A stretch of DNA of 64,000 nt from Eutreptiella sp. 'Long Island Sound 2002' (Eukaryota; Protista; Euglenida). Positions within the stretch are counted from its first letter, which is position 1; each line of letters starts with the position of its first letter. Location of the stretch: positions 47,368,001 through 47,432,000 of the forward strand of contig OZ038378.1 in the NCBI GenBank assembly GCA_964036045.1, read 5' to 3'. The translations under genes and the position numbers were made by a program. The notes beneath the pieces were generated by a model that did no database searches, was not told the DNA's origin, and was given only the letters and a program-made list of their open reading frames with translations. Below are positions 49,361 to 61,400 of this stretch, piece by piece.

Positions 49361-50460
49361 GGTGTGTTGGCATCCCGGCACAATATGTGCAGGATGCAAG
49401 TCGCAACCATTTTGCGTGTAAGTACCGAGTGCGACACACTCCTGAAGGGCCTGCAATTCTCTTTTACGCTTCTGCACATTGAGCCGGGGCCGTAGTCTCT
49501 TCTCTTTGAGGGAGCGATGGTGTCAAGAGATCAATGTGCTCCTGGACAAACATATGTGAACACCCGATCCGACAGCTGGTGCTCGTGTGCTCGGAACCCG
49601 GCGCTTCGTCAGTGTGCCCCGGGGTTGGGGGCATGCGATTGGCCACGCCTGGCCATGGTAGCCGGGGCATCCTCCATAGAAATTATGTGGAGGCGGAGCA
49701 AGGTGGGTTGGGTGGGGTGGGGGGTTTGGGTGCGGTCTGTCGGCCAAGTCGGGCAATAGGGGTTGAGAGTAGAAAAAGTCCCCCGCGGGTAGAAGGATTT
49801 GTATACGGGGTTGGGGGGGGACAAGTGTCGCGGTTGCAAAAAAAATTTCACCTCCCAGGGGAATTTTTCTTCCGCCCTCCCCATGGACCACAACTACATG
49901 GAGCATGATTTGCTGAAAACGTCCCCTATTTTTTGCTTATGTTGACTGATGCCCTTTTGCTACAGAATGAGTGAGTGCAAATTACGAAAAGTTGGAGAAT
50001 GCGCTATTGAATTTTGAGGAAATTTTGTTACTTGCGCTTCGCAAAACTGCCCAAGTTCAGGCAAAAGTGACGCCGCAGGTGTTTGTGTGTGTGTGTGTGT
50101 GTGCCAAAAGTTGCCGATCTCTTGTGACTGCTTCATGGAGCTCTGTCCTAATGCGCGGCCTTTCTTGCTATCATCGTCCATTGCGGAAGTAGTGGTAGCC
50201 CTGTTTACCATCGTGGGAGCCACAAACAATGCGGTGACACCAGCTCCGGCCAACATGCTCAAGCGTGGGGAAGGTGTTCCCTTTTCACCACAATTCACCG
50301 AAAAAAGCACTTTGCAGAGGGTTCTTGTTGCCATTTGCCCAATTTCACATCAAGCATCGGCGTTTGGTCGCAAAAAGCGTTTTGCAAAGTGTTCTTGCCG
50401 TTCAGGTAGTCAATTCATGCCCTGATTTCGGTTATTCATGTTCAGCCGTGGCAGCAACCC

Positions 50461-53400
50461 TGGGTACACGCTAGAAGACCCAATCTCGTTCTAGCCTAGA
50501 TGGCGCTAGAAGGCTAGAACGGAAAAAGAGTCGCCCCCGCCCCCCTCCCTTGTGAGGGTTGTGTGGGTACTTTGAGGGTTGTAACCGGGACCCCCCTATC
50601 CGTACTCGGGGGCCCATGCTTTGTTTCCCCACAATTTCGGTGTTTTCACCCGAATTCCAGTCAAAAAAGTTTTCGTTCTAGCGACGTTCTAGCGAGGATC
50701 TAGCGAGCGCTGCTAGAATGTCGCTAGAACTTCGCTAGAACCCTTCGCTAGAAGGTCGCCAGAACAAAATGTATGAATTCTCCGCCACTCCTCGAAGAGA
50801 AGCTGCCGCGGGTACCATGGCCCGTCGTGGTCAATCACACGGTTGCGAGGCTGGACCCGACTCACGGAGCGCCGGGTGGACCCCCTCCGGGCGGCCTTGG
50901 AGGAGCGGGACGTCAGGGACGACGAGGGTGACAACAAGGGGGAGGGGGGTGACAAGGGGGGTGAGGTGGGGGGTTACAAGGGGGGGGAGAGGGAAGGGGA
51001 CACATAGGGTGAGAAGGGGATTGCCGGGAGCAAGGATGCGCCCCGCCAAGCACCCACCACGCACGAGGGGTAGCCCGCGTGTCGCGACTCGCGAAAGGGG
51101 GCCGGGGGGCAAGGGGGTAATCGGGCTAACAGGGGAAATCGAGCTAACCTACCACCTAAGTGACCCGGCGCCGGCCCGCCAAGTGACCTTCCAAGTGACC
51201 TATGGGTCGGGGTGGGGGCTAACCAGGCTAAGTGGGGGCTGGGGGGGGGGGGGGCTCAACCTGCGGAAGAGGATTCCTTTCCGGCACCCGGAAGGGCCCC
51301 CCCTCTTTCTCCCGCCTTCTCTTCTTCCCCTTCTTTCCATTCTCACCCCCCTTGGAGAATAGGGGGCGGGACCCCTATGGGAATGTGCCGGGTGTGGGGC
51401 ACACCCGGTATATCCCTTGGGCAGAGGAGGGCAATGGGGGGACCTTCAGCCAAGTGACGGTGTTGCGGGATTGGGATGAGGAGTTAGACCCGGGGGACTG
51501 TTGGGTGGTGTCGCAGGGGTCCACCGAGCAGGGGCTTGGGGTTCGGGGGGGGGGTTTGGCCTTGCCCTTGGCTTTGGGCTTGGCCTGGGCTGCGGGAGGA
51601 TGGGCCGTCTTCCTCACTACTCTCGAAGTGGCGGGGCTTCCCGGGTTTTTTGTGGGCCTTCGGGGGGGGGTTGGCTTTGGGGGTTTTGGCGGGGGGGGGG
51701 GGGGGGGGGGCAGTCCTCTCCCCGTTGGTGTTGCCGCCGCTGCCGCTACTGCTGCTCCGCCTGCTGTTGCTCCTCACCCTTACTCCTCCCCCACCCTCAC
51801 CCAAACCCTTGCACTGCGCGTTCATGCCCCCCCCCCGGTTTTGCCCGCCTCCCGCCTACCCAACCCGCCTCCCGCCTACGCAACCCGTACAGCACCGAGA
51901 GGGCCATATTGGGGTCATTCCCCAACATCAGGCCCAACTCGGTGTCCCCCACGAGGTGTGTCCGGCCTCACCCATCGTGCCACTCCACCGGCACCCCGCG
52001 GGGGTCGGCTCCACACGTTTGCAGGCTCACAACCTAACAAGAGAACCAAGCGGCAGGTGTGTTCTAGCGACGTTTTAGCGACGTTCTAGCGTCGGCGGCG
52101 GCGGCGGTTTGGATAGATTAACGCTAGAACGCTTCCATAGATCAACACTAGAACGCACTCAGCATACTGTGCCTTGCCTATCCAGGCCGGGGTAGATTGC
52201 CTCCGCGGCTTTTGCGAAGGCATCCTGGGGGTCGGGGGGATGCGGCTGATGGGGTTCCCCAGTTGCGGGGGTTGCGGGGGCCTTGGGCTTGGGCTTGGCG
52301 CGGGAGGCCATGCCGTGCACCAATCCGGCATACGCCCCCTTGGTTTGGGGCGATCCCCATCATCTCTCACCACGTTGGCGTCCACGTCCATGTCTTACCA
52401 ACACACTCCATACTTCCCCGTCCCATCGCCCGCCAGCAGTGGGCGATGAATCGCCAATGGCTCACCCCCCCCCCCCTTTCTTGACGTCGCGAGTGAAGAC
52501 GTTGAGTTGGGCCAACTCAAACATCCTCACCCCGTTTTTGGTGGTGGAGGGCGCTACCCCCCTCTTCCTCCCGGGTGACTCCGGTTGCCACCACCAGGCC
52601 CCTGCAACCCCCCCTACCCGCAGGGGTTTGTCATGGTGGACCCCCCCTCGTCCGCCCATACGCACCTCCCCTGCCCCAAAGTTTTGTGATGCACACGGTG
52701 CATCAAAAAACGGACAGTCCAAGTCGGAAACTCCGGGGGATGAGGAGGGTGTGGTTGAGGTTGGGGGGGCAGGGGCCGGTCAGGACGGCGGGGTCCCATG
52801 GCAAGACGTGGACTTGCCTTCGTGTCCACGGTTGACCCCCCCCTCTCGAGGGTCACCTTTGCCTCCCCCTTGAAGGCCCCTAATTGGACGAGCCTCGTGT
52901 GGATGATCTGTTGAATCACGTGAGCATGAGACGTTCGGGGTGGTTCTTTTTCGTTCTAGTCTAGTCAAGCCGAGCTTCCAGCGAGCGGTGTCCGAGGCTA
53001 ACTACAACAAAACTAGAACAAGCGAAAGGCACTAGATGAGAGGAGTACCTTCCAATTGCTCTTCCATAATGTCCCAAGGGTGTCCAGGGCCGTGTCATCG
53101 CAATTGGCCATGCTCACCACCCAAAGGCCCGCGGGGGAGCGGGCCAAGCGGTCGAAGTTGGCCAACGAGATGGTGAGTTGGGTCCAATTGCTCCCGGCCA
53201 CAAGCTAGGCATCCCCCTAGACGATGAACGTCAATGGGAAGGTGCGCTTGATTGCCCGCACCAAGCCCGGCCGGGAGAGGATATATTTGACCCCTGTGGC
53301 GAAGGGCCATGAGAATATATATTGCACGAAGTCGCCCCCCCCCTACCTTGGAGGTAGGGGGGGGTTGGGGGGGGAGGGGGGGGGATAGGGGGGGGGTAGG

Positions 53401-55712
53401 GGGGGGTAGGGGGGGGTAGGGGGGGTAGGGGGGGGTAGGGGGGGTAGGGGGGGGAGGTAGGGGGGGGGTCGAGAAGGTAGGGGGGGGTATGGGGGGGGAA
53501 GGCGGTGCACACACAAGGCGGAACACACAAAAGGCGGCCTGTTGCCACCGCGGGAGTCTTGTTATTTAAGGGGCCACAGGCAAGGCGGTGCACACACAAG
53601 GCGGTGCACACACAAGGCGGAACACACAAAAGGCGGTCTGTGGCCACCACAGGAGTCTTGTTATTTAAGGGGCCACAGGCAAGGTGGTACACACAGAAGG
53701 CGGTGCACACACAAGGCGAAATACACAAAAGGCGGAACACACAAAAGGCGGTCCGTAGCCACCGCAGGAGTCTTGTTATTTAAGGGGCCACAGGAAAGGC
53801 GGTACACACAGAAGGCGGTACACACACAAGGCGGAACACACAAAAGGCGGCCTGTGGCCCCCGCAGGAGTCTTGTTATTTAAGGGGCCACAGGCAAGGCG
53901 GTACACACAAAAGGCGGTGCACACACGAGGCGGTCTGTGGCCACTGCAGGAGTCATGTTATATAAGGGGGGTGCGGGGGCTGGCCCCCGCGTCGAGCGAA
54001 GCGAGCCGTCTGTCGAGCGAAGCGAGCCGAAGGTAGGGGGGGGAGGTAGGTGGGGGGAGGTAGGGGGGGGAGGTAGGGGGGGAGGTAGGGGGGGGGTAGG
54101 GGGGGTGGTAGGGGGGGGGGTTGGGGGGGGTAGGGGGGGGTAGGGGGGGGTAAGGGGGGGGGTAGGGGGGGGGGTAGGTAGGGGGGGGGGGTAGGGGGGG
54201 CGACTTCGTGCCTTGGGCAACACTGTGGCAACGGGGGATCCAATCCCACGGGCGCGACCAACTCCTCCCAAAGGGCTTGGAAGTCCGGCTCGGTGCATAT
54301 GGGACGGGAGTAGGGGCCACCGCGAACAGTGCGCTGGTAAACCCCCCCCCCCCCCAAATAGTGTACCCCAGTTGGCTTAATAAGCGTTTGGCCAAATGAT
54401 GTATCCCTTTTCATCACATACAAGCAAACGAAACATATGGTCTCAACACCACTGCACAGTAGCTCACTTGAAGAAAGTGGTGATTGTGGTTTGCCTCTTT
54501 ACAATGGAGACCCTGCTGGAGGCGTGGGACACACCAGCAAAAGGTGCTGCTGTGTCTCCAGCTCCATTAGCCACTGTGACACACACACATCTGCAAAAGC
54601 CTCATCAGGATCAAACATTCGTTTTTTGCCCTTGCTTCCGTCGTTCGCCTTACCATCGTTGTCAGTCTCCTGCACACCATCAGCATCAGGTATTTCAGCA
54701 CCATCTCCACCATCAGTGTCACTAGTGCCTGTCTCAAAATCGTCATCGGTGGCAGGTTCTTCCGAAGGTACGTCAGAAGCTGGGTCACAGAAACCGTGTG
54801 GTACACTGTCAACCGTGTGTAATTCAAAATCCGATTCAGAATGAAAATCACCCATGCAAGCAACACGAAGCAAAACTGAATAGCAAGCATTGGTAGCGGC
54901 AATGACAGTCTACAGCAAGAATGCACACAAAGCATATCTAACAAGCGCATCAGCATCGGAGCCGGATGCCATTCATGTGGACAGGGCTACATATCTATGA
55001 CGAAAGAGAAGACAAAGGGGGATGATGGTGAGGGTGACGGCGAAACACCCAAATAGTGTACCCCTCCAAATAGTGTACCTCCTTGGCCCTATTGAGCGCC
55101 AGGCAAATACCGTACCCCGGGGTATGTTATTTGGGGGGGGGGGGGTTACTCCAATTTACGGAGCGTCTAGAGCTCCGAGAGGGTCCTGCACGAGGACTTG
55201 GTGGCCCTCATGTTGAGCGCACGTTCACACATGGCGGTGGGGGGGAGTAGAGAGGCGGTGTATGCCTCAACAGCGGCCGTGCATGTCTCACCCGTGGTTT
55301 TGGCGGAAGTGGCGGTGTTCACATATTGGACGGCGTTGTTGAATTGCCGCCGTGCTAGGGGGCATGATAGCGCCCACGTGGCCAAGTAATGGCCCGCGTG
55401 CTCATCCTTGAGGTTAGAAGCCCCACTCAAAGGCCGTAGTGCCTTCAACAAGAGGGAAGCATCCTTCGCAGTTGAGGAGGGAGCAAGGGGCGAAGTCGCG
55501 GGGTGTTTCATTGCAAAGAAATGCGAAATATCAAATTGTGAGAGAAGGGGCTATGGCACAATGCACTATGGCCAATAGCAAGCATGCACGGCGGAACAAT
55601 GAAGGAAATGGCACGTCTTGGTAGACATTGTATCGTTCTAGTATTGATCAATTCTAGGCTAGAACATCTAGTCTCCAAGTTCTACGCTAGAACGAAATTG
55701 GGCCTTCTAGCG
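50461..55712. repeat. Four clusters of mostly convergent GTTCTAG(CG)/(CG)CTAGAAC motifs
   Basis: Clusters at 50461-50765, 52061-52155, 52949-53040 and 55631-55712. Confidence 0.7.
53324..54211. mobile_element. ~890-bp MITE-like element with ~24-bp TIRs, two (GGGGGGTA)n tracts and five internal repeats
   Basis: gcacgaagtcgccccccccctacc (53324-53347) versus ggtagggggggcgacttcgtgc (54190-54211); ggagtc(t/a)tgttat(t/a)taagggg at 53553, 53652, 53767, 53866 and 53949; no TSD evident. Confidence 0.65.
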
Positions 55713-56029
55713 TGTACCAAGGGAAGAAGTCTCTCCGCCCAGTTTTGGTGTTAAGGGATGACAACGGCGGGGGGGGGGGGGGCACTGGTAAGCTACATGA
55801 ACATAAACAAAGCCAAAATTTGGGTCATTAGGAGCATAGCAAGGAAACTGAAGAAACAACTCCCTTGGATGTACATTTGCATGCTAGTCGACAACCAAGT
55901 TATCCATGAGAGCCGCAAGTGCCCAATCAATTTCTCTTGGCTTGTTAACAGCAACGCCCCTCCCCCCCCCCCCCCGCATTTCCACCATCTGTGGCATGGC
56001 AGGTTGCAGACACTGATTTGGAGACGGCC

Positions 56030-56400
56030 GCAGTGACACTGATGAAAGTATGCGGAGGTTTTTGTGTGAACTTGGGCAAATGGAAGGAGACCCCTCAGTG
56101 CCGTTGGTCACCTTGGGAAGGCGTCTCCAAGTGCCGATGAGGAATACAAGAGCTTCAAAATTGGCCTATCTCATGCAAGTAAAACATTGAGTGCACAACC
56201 AAACACGGTCGACAAAGTCCTTACCCCGGGGTTGAATAAACAGGATATGGTGGAGACGGAAGCGCCGGGTGTTGATACGCAAGGGGCTGCCGAGCTTGTG
56301 CATGGTCCAAGGTATCCTGTTCTGTCGTTGCTTCATTTCTTACACAAAAGCGCCGGTTATTGTGAGATGAACATAAAAAGCCCTTTGCGAAGTGTTCTTC
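56030..56400 (+). pseudogene. Possible third, more diverged P-like transposase fragment
   Basis: SDTDESMRRFL, VLTPGLNKQDMV and VDTQGAAELV resemble the second-Asp, DKQxV and TxGTAxF segments of P-type transposases; in different frames. Confidence 0.3.
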
Positions 56401-58479
56401 TCATCAACAAAGCCCAAATATTCCCAATGTGCCAGCTTTGTTGCCCACAGAGTTTGCACTACAGTACTACATCAAAGGAGAGGAATCCCGCATTCCTTTG
56501 CTCGTCATCCTTACAAATTGCCCCCCCCCCCCCCTCTTTGTTTTGCAATCACTACCATTGCCTTGCAAACTGATATCGGTTCGCGGTATAATAGGTGACC
56601 AAGGGGTAGTGTTCGGCAGACCACACATCACCATATGGGAGTCCACATTTTTGCTAGACCCCATTGGAACCTCCATGGTCCATAAAGGGGCAGTCCTATA
56701 TAGTGGACATACAGTTTTTGTGCGCTATATGTTTGATGTGGTCTATGGCTGAATGGCAGTTCAACTTGTGAAAGCAGCGAGACGGAAACCGGCATTTGAA
56801 TTTGAACCCAAAAATGTGCCAAGTGGTGCAACTTCTCGTTGCCGGCACACAGTGTGTTGAAATAACCTTCAAATCATCGAACACATGCAGCCATGGCAGA
56901 AGGGCTGCATGCTGAGTGCATGTGTATTCAGATTCTCCTTGAGCTTGACGAGGGCTTCAATGAAGTACACCCATGGATTCGAACCTTGCTGTCAAAGAGT
57001 ATCCGGATCGTTGTGGCTGGGCGGTTGTCAGACGTCCGGGCTGCTATGGGAGAGATCAAAGAAACCGATTGGGCTGAAGGCTCGGCTTGGTTTTCGATCT
57101 TGCTATACGACGTGGGTGTTAAACACCCCATTCATAGGAATTGGGGCCGCAGTGGCATTATTGGGAGTGGTAACAAGTTGTCTACAAAGCTTCCCAATTT
57201 CATTGCAATGCAGCAGTGCAATTCACCTTCTTGTTTGAGTTTGCCACTTGCAACCCGGTGCTGCGGTGTTTTCAGTTTTTTTGAGATGCCCAATGAAGAA
57301 GTGGAGGACCTGTGTGGTATGTACATTGGAGCCGGTGCGATGCTGCCTGCACAGCTCATGTCCTGCCTTTGCAAAGCAGTCAATGTGTTATGTGCCTTCA
57401 TAGGGTTGTTTGCGGATCAGTCTAATGTTGTGTGCTAGCTCCAAGATCACATGTTTCAACTTGACGCCTTTTTTGTTGTGCCATGGGACACATTGAAGAA
57501 GCAAGTTTCTACCTATGAACAAGTGGACCTCCACGTGGCACCCGATGACGATGAGGATGGTATGGGGGAGGTTGACCTCCCTGACAAACCCCCGGTTGAT
57601 CAATCCACTGCACCAAACGGACGTCCAAAAGAGGAAGCAGACCGATAGAGAGAGGTAGTAGAGTCCCAAGAAGCGTGTGACCGGTATCAAACTAGCGGCA
57701 GCCAGGGCTAAAGCACGAGGTGCTTTGCAACGGTTGCATGTCCGTATCCGTGGTCCATCTACGCTGTCCCGATCCACAAAGAGTAGGCAGTAGTGGTCAG
57801 ACCGTGCCGCAATCGACGTATTTTTCCTTTATCAATAGGTATTCTCTGTTCTGGCATTGCTATAAGGAAAGGGGATTTCTACCTGCTATGCTATTGTTGT
57901 TTTTCATTTATGTGGCCTTCCTTGGACCTGGGTCTGCTTCCCTACCCATGCCATTGTGCGTGCCTTCAAACATTTGGCATGTGCATACACTAGCATACAA
58001 ATTGCCATGTGGAATCATGAGGTCCCACATGTCCCAAGGTGTTTGGCTCCGTCTTGGTGTCAATGTGTGTGCGATGCTAGTGACATGCGTTGGCATCGCA
58101 GTCCCTAGGGAGGGGGGCGGGGGGGGGGCTTTTGGGGGGTGGATTCTTCATGTTTTCATAAAGTAACACTCTCCAGAGCGTTCTTTCGTTCCGATCAACT
58201 TTTGAGGGGTTGTTCTTCGGATTTTTCGTCATGGTTTTCTGTGCCGGGATGTGCAAGTTTGCAGCTTCTCTCCCTGACAAAGCTTTTGGTACTACGAAAA
58301 TGTAGGAACCTCAAAGGTGTGCCAAATTGCTCATGTATGCATTTTCAACATTTCCATTTACATTTGTGACAAAGTTGCCTATTTACACCAAATTATGTGT
58401 AGTTGCACGTTTCAATGGGCCAACAAATCACACAAAGGTGGGCTATTTCACCGGAAAACCATACACTTGGTGTGGGCGA

Positions 58480-61400
58480 AGGGGCCTTTTCCGCTTCGGG
58501 ACCACCAAGGCCCCCGCCACATGGGCAAGGGGCCTCCTTGGCTTTGGGACCACCGAGGCCCCCGACGCATGGGCCCGGGGGCCTTTCCGGCTTTGGGACC
58601 ACCAAGGCCTCCGCAATATGGGCGAGGGGGCCTCCTTCGCTTTGGGACCACCAAGGCCCACGCCGCATGGGTGAGGGGGCCTCCTTCGCTTTGGAACCAC
58701 CGAGGCCCCCGCCGCATGGGCGAGGGGGCCTCCTTCGCTTTGGGACCACCGAGGCTCCGGCCGCATGGGCGAGGGGACCTTCTTCGCTTAGGAACCGGCG
58801 AGGCCCCCGCCCCATGGGCGGAGGGCCCTCTCCGGCTTTGGGACCACCGAGGCCCCCACCACATTGGCGAGGGGGCCTCTCCCCCTTTGGGACCACCGAG
58901 GCCCTTGCCGCATGTGCGAGGGGGCCTCCTTCGCTTAGGGATCACCGAGGCCCCCGCCGCATGGGCGAGGGGGCCTCCTTCGCTTTAGGACCACCAAGGC
59001 CCCCGCCGCATCGGCGAGGGGGCCTGCTTCGTTTTGGGACCACCAAGGCCCCCGCCGCATGGGCGAGGGGGCCTCCTTCGTTTTGCGACCACCGAGGCCC
59101 CCGCCGCATGGGCGAGGGGGCCTCCTTCGCTTTGGGACCACCAAGGCCCCCGCCGCATGGGCGAGGGGGCCTCATTGGCTTTGGGACCACCGAGGTCCCC
59201 GCCGCATGCGCGAGGGGGCCTCATTGGCTTTGGGGCCACCGAGGCCCCGGCCGCATGGGCGGTGGCCTTCTTCGCTTTGCGACCACCGAGGCCCCCGGCG
59301 CATTGGCGAGCGGGCCACCTTCGTTTTGGGACCACCGAGGGCCGAACCGCATGGGCGAGGGCGCCTCCTTTGCTTTGGGGCCACCGAGGCCCCCGAGGCA
59401 TGGGCGAGGGGGCCTCATTCGCTTCGGTACCACCGAGGCCCCCGCCGCGTTGGCGGGGGCCTTCTTCGTTTTCGGACCACCGCGGCCCTCGCCGCATGGG
59501 CGGTGGCCTTCTTCCTTTTGGGACCACCGAGGCCCCCGCTGCATCGGCGAGGGGGCCACCTTCGCTTTGCGACCACCAAGGACACCGCCGCACAGGCGAG
59601 GGGGCGTATTTCGCTTTGACCGAGGCCTCCGCCGCGTGGGCGAGGGGGCCTCTTTCCCTTGGGACCACCCATGACCCCGCCGCATGGACGATGGGGCCTC
59701 CTTCGCTTCGGGACCACCGAGGCCTCCAGCGCATGGGCGAGGGGGCCTCCTTTGCTTTGGGGCCACCGAGGCCCCTGCTGCATGGGTGCATGGGCCTCTC
59801 CCCCTTAGGGACCACCGAGGCCGCCGCTGCGTGGGCGGGTGGCCCTCCTTCCCTTAGGGACCACCGAGGCCCCCGCCGCATGGTTGAGGGGGCCTCCTTC
59901 GCTTCGGGCCACCGAGGCCTCCAACGCATGGGCGAGGGGGCCTCCTTTGCTTTGGGACCACCGAGGCCCCTGTTGCATGGGTGCATGGGCCTCTCCCCCT
60001 TAGGGACCACCGAGGCAGCCGTTGCGTGGGCGGGTGGCCCTCCTTCACTTTGGGGCCACTGAGGCCCCCGCCGCATGGTTGAGGGGGCCTCCTTCGCTTT
60101 GGGGCCACCGAGGCCCCCGCTGCATGGGCGAGGGGGCCTCCTTCACTTGGGGACCGCAAGGGCCTCCACTGCATCAACGAGGGGCCTCCTTCGCTTTGGG
60201 AGCAGCGGGGCACTCGCCGTATGGGCGAGGAGGCCTCCTTCTCTTTGGCACCAACGGAACCCCCGCCACATCGGCGAAGGGGCCTCCTTTGCTTTCACCG
60301 AGGCCCCCGCCACATGGGCGAGGGGGCCTCCTTCGCTTTGGGCCCACTCCGGCCCCCGCCGCATGGGCGGTGGCCTTCTTCGTTTTGCGACCACCGAGGC
60401 CCCCGCCGCATTGGCGAGGGGGCCACCTTCGCTTTGGGACCACCGAGGCCCGCACCGCATGAGCGAGGGGGCCTCCTTCGCTTTGGGGCCACCGAGGGGG
60501 CCTTCTTTGTTTTGGGACCACCGGGGCCCCCGCCGCATTGGCGAGGGGGCCACCTTCGCTGTGGGACCACATAGGGCCGCACCGCATGGGCCAGGGAGCC
60601 ACCTTCGCTTTGCGACCACCAACGACCCCGCTGCATGGGCGAGGGGGCGTATTTCGCTTTGACCGAAGCCTCCGCCGCGTGGGCGAGGGGGCCTCTTTCA
60701 CTTGGGACCACCCATGACCGCACCGCATGGGCGATGGGGCCTCCTTCGCTTCAGGACCACCGAGGCCTCCGCCGCATGGGCGAGGTGGCCTCCTTTGCTT
60801 TGGGACCACCGAGGGGGCCTTCTTTGTTTTGGGATCACCGGGGCCCTCCCCGCATGTGCGGTGGCCTTCTTCGTTTTGGGACCCCCGAGGCCCCCGCCGC
60901 ATGGGCGAGGGGGCCTCCTTCGATTTGGAACCACCGAGGCCCCTGCGGCATGTGCGAGGGGGCCTCCTTCGCTTAGTGATCACCGAGGCCCCCGCCGCAT
61001 AGGCGAGGGGGCCTCCTTCGCTTTGGGACCACCAAGGCCCCCGCCGCATGGGCGAGGGGGCCTCCTTCGCTTAGTGATCACCGAGGCCCCCGCCGCATAG
61101 GCGAGGGGGCCTCCTTCGCTTTGGGACCACCAAGGCCCCCGCCGCATGGGCGAGGGGGCCTCCTTCACTTAGTGATCACCGAGGCCCCCGCCGCATAGGC
61201 GAGGGGGCCTCCTTCGCTTTGGGACCACCAAGGCCCCCGCCGCATGGGCGAGGGGGCCTCCTTCGCTTTGGGACCACCGAGGTCCCCGCCGCATGGGCGA
61301 GGGGGCCTCATTGCCTTTGGGGCCGACGAGGTCCCCGCCGCATGGGCGGTGGCCTTCTTCGCTTTGCGACCACCGAGGCCCCTGGCGCATTGGCGAGGGG

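Noticed and set aside
51232-53783. Long Gly/Pro-rich ORFs (285 aa, 196 aa, 169 aa and others)
   Set aside because: Explained by poly-G/C tracts and tandem repeats; no domain signal.
56893-57438. KDZ/Zisupton transposase
   Set aside because: YDVG and C..GV..E-like motifs are in the wrong order; left unassigned.
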